Assembly: GCA_965235115.1 (NCBI GenBank)
Contig: OZ249436.1
Location: 41,480,001-41,544,000, forward strand
DNA from: Laetmonice hystrix
Lineage: Eukaryota
Length of the DNA: 64,000 bases
Direction of reading: 5' to 3'
Each line of letters begins with the position of its first letter. The stretch's first letter is position 1. The translations under genes were made by a program, and so were the position numbers. This document shows, piece by piece, positions 24,501-36,500 of this stretch. The notes beneath the pieces were generated by a model. It ran no database searches, had not been told where the DNA came from, and saw only the letters and a list, made by a program, of their open reading frames with translations.

Positions 24501-27500
24501 CGGGCAAGGAATAAGATACTCATAGTCGACGCCATGGAAGGACTCCTCAATCAAACTCTCCATAGCTTCGTGAACCAGAAGGAGGATATTCTCAGGTCGC
24601 AACCCCTGAACTTTGACCTGCAGGACTTGGTTCCTGTTGGGAATACAATCACAGGACCGGATCGTTCTCATCAGGAGGGGATGTCTTCAACAAGTTCACA
24701 AGCCAAGCACTTAACAAAGAAATTAATCTTAATCAAGATAGTTAATAAAAGGTTAAAATTTATTCCTGTCTTTAAAAAAAAAAACTCGTATGCTCTCTCA
24801 CTGAGTCACATGACACAACGTGAGTAATGGCAAGCCACTATGTGGACACTAACGCTTCCTGAGTGATCTGAGCCAGGTGACCATTCTTCTTCATAACAGA
24901 CCCTCTCTTCCATATCGCTTTACCGTCTGAAAACTGGAACAGCCTGACCTGTGAGTAAAGATGTAGAATGTGAATGTGACAGAAAGACGATGAGCACCGC
25001 AGCACTGTTTCTAACAAATAAAAAAATCACTGACAAAACATTATGAAAAACAGAAGGCTCTTTGAACAATTGATGACCAGGTTTAGGAAAAGTAATGAAT
25101 ATCCAGCCAACCTGTAGGCGGTTAAAAAGTCCAGCTGGCAGATATGAGAACTTGTAAATGATCATCATTTCCCGATCATCACCACTGGCATCAGGCACCG
25201 TCCACTCCCACTGTAAGCAAGTTACCTTACAAACTCCATTGTATTTGTACAGTGTATAAAATGTATATTGATCGGTACTGTAAAGGGGCTCTCACACGCT
25301 ACGATTTCGGCTATGCTACGATCCGTCACGTCTACGATCTGATATCATGCGATGTTGGGTCAGCTCGTGTCGCAGCATACTTAGCTCTCACATGCTGCAA
25401 TTGTCTGCGATATCATGCGATTCTTCTCCATTATTTCCCAGCAAAAGCACATGATTGTCCATCGCATGACAGCAAAGTTTTGAACATGTTCGAAACCCTA
25501 CGATATCGTACCATCATCTACGATCTGATGGAATCGTGTCTTGTCTTGTCGGAAGCGCTCTCACACATTACGATATTAAGTGCACATCGCACGATTTTAG
25601 GCATATCATAGGTTATCGTGCGATATCGTAGCCATAATAATAAATGTGAGCGCCCCTTTAGGCATGTGGACAACATGATACAATATCTCACAGCAAACAC
25701 ATTGCAACTCAACCCAACACTTTCCAGTGTAATTTGTACAGACGCCAAAAACTAAGTTGAACAAATTTCCGCTTACATCATCTGGCGTACTTTCCGGCAG
25801 CAGACAGGGGACTAGATTGGCCTCCTCATACGGATGGGGAAAGGTGAGGTCGAAAGCTTCCGTCAGACTAAGCAGCCAATCATGGAGCTCCTTGGGATAC
25901 TGATTCCACACTGCGGGTACATCTTTCTTATAGAAACGTCCGTTCTGTTACACCAAGAGAACATCGAGTTATCTTCAGATCAAGAAAGGATTTGCCTGCA
26001 GTGCTACAACAAACAGTTCTTACTCTCAATGTAAACCTTGTCTTTTCTCTACATGAATAATATCTAATCTAAATAAGTCAGGTTTAATGGTTGTCTGTGC
26101 TCACCACAATGGGAGAATCTTTGATTGTTACGACACAAGCCATCACGTCGACAATCCACTGCGGGTTGATCACAATGTAATCCTTAAGAAACTCATTGTC
26201 AAAGTACTGCAGGGTGCCCAGGTCATGTAAGAACTGGACTGCTCTCTTCACCTGCAGAATACATGACATGTAGCCATCAATGCCCAAGTAAATACTGGTA
26301 TACTAACACTTACTGAGACACACATTCTTTATAATACGTAAACTTTCCTTTCTTTTGTATTTTAATGAGTTAAAAATAGGATATTAACCTTCGCAACATA
26401 AAGCTCAACAATAGTGAGAGAAAAAATGGATTACTTACATCTACCTCATCATAAATGCCAATTTCCATGCCGTACTCTTTCACTTTGGTCCATGGGAGAA
26501 ACGGCTTATCCTTTCGGGCTCTGCAAAAGATAGTTAAGACTGCAACAACCAGACAAAATCTTGTTTTCGTGACAAATGCCGCATCAAAAGGCAGATATAT
26601 ACTCAGGCCTGGAATCTTGAGTTGCGAGTGGACTCTTCCGGTAAAACTTTGTGTCTGAACACTGAGTGTGTTATACTATAGGTTAACGGGGAGACTGAAA
26701 ACCTTACTGAAGCATCTTCCTCTCCAAGGTCAGGTAGACCTTGGGGACGTGTTCACCCATGTAACTCTCCTGGAAGGTCACCTCGAGGATGTCATTCTTC
26801 AGCTCTTTGATTCCCTGAAAACTCCCAACAATCTTACTCAGCACAACTTGAAACTACACATTTGCTTTAACAACAAAGAAACTATCAATCAATTAAGGTA
26901 ACACACAGCTGGCAACTCCGTTTTTAAAAAGGAAAGAAAGCAGCAATGTTTAAGACTTTTTGAGCCTGTTGAATGTACTTAAGTTATACATACTGTCCCT
27001 TCGATGGAACTGACAAAGTGGAAGCCACAGATCTGTGGGTATCGTTTCTTTAGTTCTGACTGGGGCAGCTCTGCCTTCACCTGGTGTAAAGACATAGTGG
27101 TGATATGACCAAAATCAACATCTGTGCACTTTTACATTCCGCAGCAGTACAGACATAAGACAAGATAACTTTGCTGTTATAGATTTATAGTTAGGTTGGG
27201 GCTTAGAAAACGATTTCATCATGGAGTGTGAAGTAAAAAAGAAAGACGTTTTTGAATGATTAGAAAAATACCATAAACATTTACTTCCTTAGTGAGAAAA
27301 CAGAAGATATGGGACCAACCTGATCATAGTGTGTGGCTACCACAAATATTGGTGCATTCGGCGCATGACATTTGATAGAACTGAGCCAGAACTCAATGCC
27401 TGCATGCTCGTAGCCACTTCGACTGGCCCACAGAAGTAGGTAGACAGCCCGGTTTGAAAGGAAGAACTAAACACCAAAGTACGGCAATACATGATTTAGA

Positions 27501-30500
27501 GACAAACTACTCTGTTAGTCCAAGAAATATACCGTATATGTCCCTTTAGCTGCGCATGTGCGTGTGCAGAAAAGCAGTGCGCTGCAATTGATACAAAATT
27601 TACGGTACGTCAAATCTACTACATTATGACGTCACTATCAGATAGTACGTCAGTCATCGCCATGCCGGAAAGGACATAGCTTGTTTGAAAAAATGTGGGG
27701 GTGCGCGGCAAATAGGTAGTGCGCGGCTAAAGGTACATATACGGTAGTTTACTTGGATGAGAATGCTAAGTGTCGTTTACAATATGTATACAAATTTTGT
27801 ACAAGTTGCTTGTGGCTGCAGTGATATAACTTCATACCTGGTGAGTGTTGTAGAAGACAGACTGGCCAGCAAAGTCCCAGGCACTGAAGGTGACATGCTG
27901 TCCGTTGGCATGCCTCACTGTCCACGTTCTGATGTCGATACCGTTCGTCACCTCCTGGTCTGTTGTACCCGAGCAGCAGTTCCTCTGACTCATCAGTGCT
28001 CTCAGTAGGGTCGTTTTACCGGCTGCCCCCAGCCCGACTAACATAAGTTTGGTACGCCAGTTTTCTGTGAAACCCCCGGCTAGACGTTTGTGGTAGGCCA
28101 GGACAGCCTCAGTTCCACGACTGACGATTGAGTTGGGTGGAGTTCGGAGAGACGGACAGCCACGGAGGTGGAGAGCTGAAGGGGCATCCATACTACAGGA
28201 TGAGTACAACCAGGCAGCAAACATCGTATATATTTTAACCCTTTTATAGCCCACTTGACCCTTACTTGGGTCGTCCACTGCAATCTAGTGACCTTTGCCT
28301 GCCACCAACCTTTTTGGTGAGGCAGTTTTGCACTAAAATAATCAATGTTCAAATACATTTCCAAAATGTTTATATTTACCAAAGTTGGCCAATCTCTCTA
28401 GATTGTTGTATACAATCTCCCTGTGAACACAATTCCACAGTTTTATAGTATGTCTGATTGTCGCCTTACTTGAAAGTTTCGGCATCAATCCAATAGAGCC
28501 AGGTAGGCTCTCTAGCTCCATACAATGGCTGAGGTTGAGCGAGGTGAGATTGTAAAGTTGGGAGATCTGAGGGGGAATGAAGCGCAGAGCCTGGTAGCTG
28601 AGGTCTAGCTCCTCCAGCTGTCTCAACCTGAGAACCTCCATGGGAAAACCACCACTGGAATCTCCACCTGATGTGGACAGAAACAAAGTCAGTCCTTAAA
28701 AATGGTCTTCTATAACATTTAGGACTTTCTATTATGTTATATCATGTTGATATGTACCACTGTTTTTTCAAGTATCTGTTTTTCATCAGCAATTAGAGTG
28801 TCATGAATTTCATCTTTTTAAATCTACTTCCATCCATGATGAGGTTCATGTAACATATCCGATAACGTAAAAACATACTTTGGTAGTTGTGTCCAAATCG
28901 GGGAATCATATAGTAGAGGTGTGCATTGATATTGCCCATCTCCTTTTCGTCGAGCACAACATTTTTGTCACCGTCACACTGGGCAAACAACTCGTGCACC
29001 ACCTGTAAGCACCATCAAGGTCCTTCGTTATTCGCATCATCATTCTGAGTTAATTAAAATTAAAATTAAGCTGTTTCACAAGTGAGCGTTATCTGAGATG
29101 ATCACAGAAAATTTCACTGAAAACGAGTATCGGGAGATCGGACATTAGGTCTCACCTTCTCAGAGAGGACTTTCTTGTTCTGACTATGGTCTTCATGCCA
29201 CTTCTCGTACAGTGACCGATCAAAACGCATCTTGACCCCTGACCTTGGCATCATCCACGGCACACCTGGGACATAGATTGTGGGCCAAATTTGGAGTGAG
29301 ACATATGATGATTATGTTTTGTAGTTTTCCACTGATATAAAAATTGTTTGAGATTCAGAGAAGGTCTGATATTTATTTAACCCAGCATCACACAGTCAGA
29401 TATTTTTGTTCTATTAATCATTCCTTACCAGCCAGTTTGAGAACTCTGAGAGACTTCATGTTACCGAAACTGGATGGCAGTTCCATGATAGGTGAGTGAC
29501 TGAGATCTAGATGGGTCAGTTTGGTAAGCTTGCCAATGTCAGTGGGTATGTCCTGTAACTTGCTGTCACTCAGTATCAGAACACTCAGTCCTCTACAGCT
29601 GTGGACACAAAGCAGGTTTATATTATTGCTACATGTATTTTCAAATTGTTGCATGTCAACCAGGTTAGGATTTAACAGACCAAAATCTGAACAATGCCTA
29701 CGTACAACAAGGGTTGTCTCTCAGGAAAAACGGTAATTTAAATAAAGCTCTCTGGACAAATCAAAAGGACAATATTGAAAGGGTTTTATCATCGAGACAG
29801 ATATCATTGGAGAAAGGTCGATTCAATGACCTGGGAATATACTGATGAAGGCTCACCTTGTGAGGGAGATAGGCAGGGTGGCCAGCAAACTGTCAGGGAC
29901 GGCGAGGTCTTTCAAATTCTGACAGTGTCCAATATCTGCTGGCAGCTGCTCCAGTTTACTCTGGGATCTGGTCGCCAGGCATTGGAGGAATCGCATACCA
30001 GAGACACCATCCGGTATTTGCTGGAGCTGAGAGCCACCCTCCAGGTCGAGCCCTTTGAGTGCTGGTAGCGATGACCACAGTTCTTCAGGGAGCAGCGTCC
30101 TCTTCTCCGGGATGTAGTATGTGAGAGAGGTGATGACGTCATTGTATGGTTCGCAGGCTCTCAAGGCTGCCTCGGTGCCAAGGTTTGTCTCCGCAGCCAT
30201 GAGGTCAGCACTGTGGTGACCCTTGCATCTTCCAGCTAGAATCGTTCCTGGATCTGTGAAGTCTCCATTATATTCGTCATCTGACGGAGGGATATAGCAG
30301 AGCGGGTCCCAGGTCAGGTCGTGGGGTACATTCAGCAAGGATCCATGTTTGATACTGGCGTAAAGCTGGCAGGTGACTGCATACGTTGTAATCATAGACT
30401 GAAGGAGAGACTCCACCTAGGGAAAGTTCACAACCGAAACTTTATTTCCTTTAATTAATTCATAACTAAGGATTTTTGCCTGTTGAAATATACCCTTAAA

Positions 30501-33500
30501 ACAGTGAAGCCTACTAAGCTCTATTAAAATGCAGGAAGATTTGCTACACAAACTGTCAGGCTTAGTCAAACAGCAGAGAACTTTGGAGCCACAGGTATGT
30601 GGGACTCACCTGGGTTCTAGTTAACTGTCCCCCAACCGAGAGCAGGTCACTAAAGGTTGGGACCTTAACCTACACATTCAAACAGAGAAAACACCAGGTT
30701 AGCCTTCTCCTGTTGGTTGTAATAAATGTCAATCTAAAATATTCTACGGTATCTGCAATACAGCTAGTGTAGAGATTACAGGACCTTATTGGTAGCAAGG
30801 GCGGCGTAGATGAAGACCCCAATAAGATCGTTGTAGAGATATTTTAAATCCAGAGAGTGCTGCAGTGACAGGCCGGGTGTATCCACTAAGTGAGCAGGAC
30901 TCTGTATCACAGCTCCAGAGGACACTTTCTTTGTCGCTGTAACAAACATGCGCATGTACCGCAATGATTATCAATTATAAGCTTTGGACCGTGATCATGT
31001 GTACATACCAAAAAAAAATGAGATAATGTTTACAGCATAGCTTTGCAATCTTAGAAGTGTTCCCAAAACTAAATCACAAAAAAAAATTAGAATGATGAAC
31101 CAATAATATTTAATAAAATGAAAGTATACATAAGCTTTCTATTAAACTGATATACATGTAACTGACTCTGATGCTACTTTTTCTTACCGAATTCCTTGCA
31201 CAGTCGGTAGGCTTTCATGTTGTTGGTGTCATAGAGATTGGTGATTGACGGATGGAGAAGTGACAATGGAGACATGTCACCAGGTAGGAACGTCACAATA
31301 TTTGAAATGTCGCAACCTTGATCTTCGTACGTTTGCCATGTCTGTATCTCAGAGGTAGCTTTATATAATTCTGCAAGCTTCACTGTCATAACAAAAATCT
31401 ATCTGTAAGAATTTCTTTTCAATGAATTATTTATTATATGATATTTTAATGCCACTTTTCAACAAGTCCCAAAGATGTTGAGAACTACCTAGTTTGAATC
31501 ACTGGTCTCACCTGTCACGAGGTAGGCGTGATCAACGCAACAGTCTCTGACAGGAACAGCGTCAGCTGTAACCAACTCATTTGCCCACTTCTCCTACGAA
31601 TGAAGCATACATAAATGGAAATCAATAGGCACAAATACCTACTTTAGGCCTCGGATAATACTGTAGCACCGATGAACTACCATAAAGTCAGTTTGATCAG
31701 GGGCACCCACCTTTGGTAAGAGTGGAAGTTGTGGCATGGAGATCACCAGGTGATGTGAGAGCGGCAGAGTCTGTGGTGACGAGAGACCCTGTTTAACTGC
31801 TTCCAGTCTACTCTCAGCACTCTCTGTCTCCTCTTCTCTCTCTATCATAAACCTGTACCGCTTACGTGGCACCCAATAACTGGCTGTCGGGTTTCCGTTA
31901 ACTAGAACATCCAACTGGTAGCTAGGCTACAATAGGCAAGGTGTAGGTAGCGTCAGAGTCTGTTTGAGATGTCTATAACTATCATGTGACGTCGACATTT
32001 ATAAGGTCATTTCTACACTAATGATTTCTGGTGGTTGATAACATTCAGAGTTCAAATGTTTTCGAAAGTAAACGTAACATTTCAAACCTATCTGGTAGAC
32101 AAGTTAAATGATGATAATTCACATCTGCCAGCTGGACTTTTCAACCGCCTTCAGTTTGGTTGGCTATTCATTACTTTATCGTGTTGTACCGGTATATCAC
32201 TTTTATTTCTTTTCCCTCCAGATCATTAGTTTATCGTTGAAAAAAAGACAAAGTTAAGTCAAAAGTGAATGCATATGAGTGAACATTGTGACTTACATCA
32301 ACAGGTGGCACTGTGGTAGCTTGCAACATTTCAGCAGCACCATGCTCTTTCTCAATTTTTTCATGTACATCCATGAAGTCACACCCAAGCCTTGATTGAA
32401 CAGAAAACATCACCTTTCAAACAGATGCCCGACTCAATATCAAAATTCAGGCTTGTGGGATAATGCTGTTACTTTCCTGTAAATAAAATTATACTTTTCT
32501 CTCTGACGTACCTAACTGCCATTGTAAATCAGTTAAACTCTTGCTTGGACTCTTCAATTAATTCCAAGATGTCTGGGTACAGTAACTGAAAAGATTTGAA
32601 GAAATATTATACATCCCCCCCATGTTGTTTCATGCAGTGTGACCTACTTGTGTGTGTGAACGTCCTTCTCGTTGGACTTAGCGTTCCACAGAGTGTAGAA
32701 GTTACTGACATTGACTTCTTCTTCAGGAAACTCAAACTTCTTCAGTTCAACCCATTCCAACAGAAACTTGTCCTTCTGCATGTTGTATTCACCTGAATCT
32801 ATATCTTCTGAAAACACACCACCAATAAAACACTTTTTGTCAGCTCTTTTAGAAAGACTATACCGACTGTATTAAATAGATGTTCTCTTTCACTGTACTG
32901 TGCGATATTTCACGTACTTGTGTTAAACTGGATGACAGCTTTGAGAAACTCCTGGGGTGCAAGGACAGCATTACTTGGGGCGCAGACATAGTTTCGAGGA
33001 CGGTTCGTTTTCACCTAGGTCGAAAGATATACAGAAAGTGATTAACTCCCGGAAAATCTGTGATATTTATATTAGGTAAATATCAATTTTGTCAATTTTC
33101 ATCCCAATGGAAATGATCTGTCATATCACCAAATGTACAACAGAAATGGCAAAAAACGGTTCAACTTGAGGATATTCAAAAATTTGTACCCAATCCACAT
33201 ACCACACCTTATTTTCAACTACGTTTGTATAATCTTTGTATAATAATGTTAGGAAATAGGTGTCAAACAACACCAAACAAATCCTGCTTTAAGAAGAAAT
33301 TAAGAAGAGTATTGATTTTGTAGGTAATAATCATATAGTATACACAGGTCCACAGCTGAAGAGACACATACCTTGATCAGGAGTTTTGAATCTGTAATAT
33401 TTTGAAAATATAATGAAGCCGATAGTATCTGATTCCCTTCCAAAAACTCTTTTGGGAACCTGATGGTGCTTGATGGGCTGAAAGTAAAACCAAGAGCTTT

Positions 33501-36500
33501 AAATGGGATCCTGAAGTTCTGAGGATGAAACAAAAAGTAACATGTACAGATGACTGTAAGACAAGAGAACACAGGATATCTCTCTTTAACTGCTCACCTT
33601 ATCCTAACAGTACTGTCCTTGTAGACATCAGTGAATATCTCCGCCAAGTCTTTTTCCTCACTGGTCTACAACAAAACATTTTCAAGAACTCTATTCAAGC
33701 AGCTCTCATGAGATACTTCAAAGATTCCTCAGGTTAAGTGCTGCTTACAAGGTTTATCAAACATTTTGGAAGATTCTTTATATACTTCTCTAGGTTTTTT
33801 AAAGTACCGTTAAAAGGCCATGATTATTATAGTCGGCCTGATATAAGCATGGTTTCCCCCTCACCAGCTGAGTGCCCTCCGAAGCATTGCCCCACAAGGT
33901 TGACGGTCGAATCTGGAAGATCTCTGATTTCTGGAGGACAATGACTGCATACAGGAGTTGCCTTGTGGCATGACCTAGTGGGTGCTCACATACCTGCAGC
34001 ATCAACAGCCATGTTTGTATCAATTGTAGGACATTTGGGCCAGGACGTTTGGGCACGGACATTTTTGACATGAACCTGCAACCTAGGACATTTGGGCCAC
34101 AGGAGGTAGGACATTAACTTAACCCTAACTCTAACCGAAGGTTGCAGGTTCGTGGCCCAAACGTCCGTGGCCCAAATGTCCGTGGCCCAAATGTCCGTGG
34201 ACCGTCTGTATCAGTACCTCATCCTGGATACAAATATCGGAGTGTGACTCTCCCAGGCTATCCACCGAGATGAGACTCCATTCAATGATCTACACTTATA
34301 GCGGATATGACTAAATTAGGATGTAATATCCCCCGTTTCATCTGAGCATGACTACAAACAGAGTTTATCATTTCATAGGCGTGACGTGTTACAATGAAAA
34401 CCCACAAAGTTGCTGTTGTGTGTGAAGAAGATGGTCTGTTTGTTGGTTTCTGGATGTAGCCTTGTCCCACAACCGATCTGGTCACCAATAATCCAACTTT
34501 CCTTGTTCCAATCACAGTCAGACATCCTACACATAATATATAGAGATCGAAGTTAGGCATCAGTCAATGGCCATTGGCTAATCATGTACACATTGTACGG
34601 TAATCCCGACCATAAGACTTTCTTTCCTTCGGGTAATCCCAACCCAAGGTTGCAATGGTTTCCTTCAGTTATCAAATGAGAGCAATGACTGGCTGAATAT
34701 AAGCTAAGTTTATTGATATATTTCACCCGCGACTTTAACTTAAGACTACGGCTGAAGAATTTGACTGTGGGAGTTGTATTCAGTACTTACATTTTGTTTC
34801 CGGAGTTGTGAACGAAGCACTGCCTTGGTTCTATAGATGCTAAAACTGACATCCCAACTCCTGCAGGACTACGACTGCCAAGGCTTAAAATGTCTGATGG
34901 GGAGAGAAGGTTTTTTTTCAAATCAAGATTCATATTTTGCAATATAAATTAAAGAAGAAGCACACATTAAAAACTTACAGCTGTTGATAGGTAAAGTAAA
35001 CGGATGGTGCTGCCCTCAGTACTATTTTATTTTATTTTATTATTTTAAGAGTCTGGCAAAGTATCAAGTGGGTGTTCTGGCTCCAAAATCTAACCTGCTT
35101 CAAAGTATCCGTAGTGGTGGCTAACAGATGCCTGCAGCTCCGACACTATCATACCTAAGTCAGATGTCAGGCCTTGGCTGCAGTGCATACACAAAGAAAC
35201 ATAAATTTAATACACATGTATCCGCTTTTCATCTTTTCTGTTTTGATATTATCTATTGTCATGACCAGAGCATCTACTGTTGCCGAGCTTGGAATCCTAT
35301 TCATGTCTGCTGCAATCTGGCCTCCACCACTAATTAGTCTAGCCAGATATAAATTATACTGCATTAAATACGATTCACATCAGTACTAATTAATTAAGAT
35401 ACTGTAAGCTCACCTGACACAATGAGTAGTATGGGAAAGACGACAGTTTACCATCTGACTGAAGGTAACTGATTTCTGTTCCGTCCTTGATTGAGGGTAG
35501 TCTTGCTTGTACTGGCTCTGTCAGAAGATAACATCCATCAGTTGACAATACACAATGCCAAGACAGCAATATATGTCTATAAACTATGGATATACATGTA
35601 CATGTGTCAGCTCTGGTTGAAAAAGGAAGTAAATCCTCAATGTCTCAGGCGTGTATTGGTTCAATGACCAAATGTGATAACATTTATCCGGATTGCTGAA
35701 TTCTTGGCTGAAAAGGAAAAATAGCTCTGGAAAAAACTACTGGTAATGTTAAAACAATGATGGAAACCCCCATACCTATGCTCAATTCGCTATGCTTGAT
35801 ATGTGATAATGTAAAAGAATCAAAGGTGACTGCCTACTTTGGGTTCGCGTAGTTGCAGAGTGATTGTCTGAGCAGTTTCCATCTTGTCTGGACCAGCAGC
35901 AGTGGCACATACTCTATAGTTGTAGTTGTACATCTGATGAAGGCGACCCATCATACCAGGTCCTGGGTAAGCTTGAATTAGTTCTGATCCGTCCTCACTG
36001 TAACATGAATCTCCACACTATGACTCTGATATTGACAGTATCAAACACTAGATAGGCCTGTCACGTATTCCGTTGACATTATGTATCACTTATCATTTAA
36101 AATTTATCTATGTCATTTCTGGGTGTTTAACATCTATTTCTGGGTCGTTTTCATAATACAAGCGTCTTTTGCAAATTTGTTTTACAAAATGATTTTAAAC
36201 ACAAATAATAACCATCATGTTGGAGTTTATGCTAGAAACCTCCACTTCCAGCAAAAGTCACTGGGAACCTAACTCTCCCACACCTCACTATTCAAGTATA
36301 CGCTTTCCTTTTAAGAGTAGATAAAACGGTAATTGCTAATTAGTAGACAGACCTAACGAGTCCAACTCTATAGCTGGGCAGATTGTCCGTCTGGTCAAGT
36401 CTGATAACTGTTGCCTCATTCAGTGTGGCAGGAGACATGGGTTGATTCACTGAGAAGAGAACCGCTTTGCCCCCATACAATGCCTTCTTTCCCACGGGTA

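Noticed and set aside
26708..28175. Naming the gene LRRK1/LRRK2, MFHAS1 or DAPK1
   Set aside because: COR is followed by TIR domains rather than a kinase or death domain and the N-terminal architecture differs, so no symbol is assigned.
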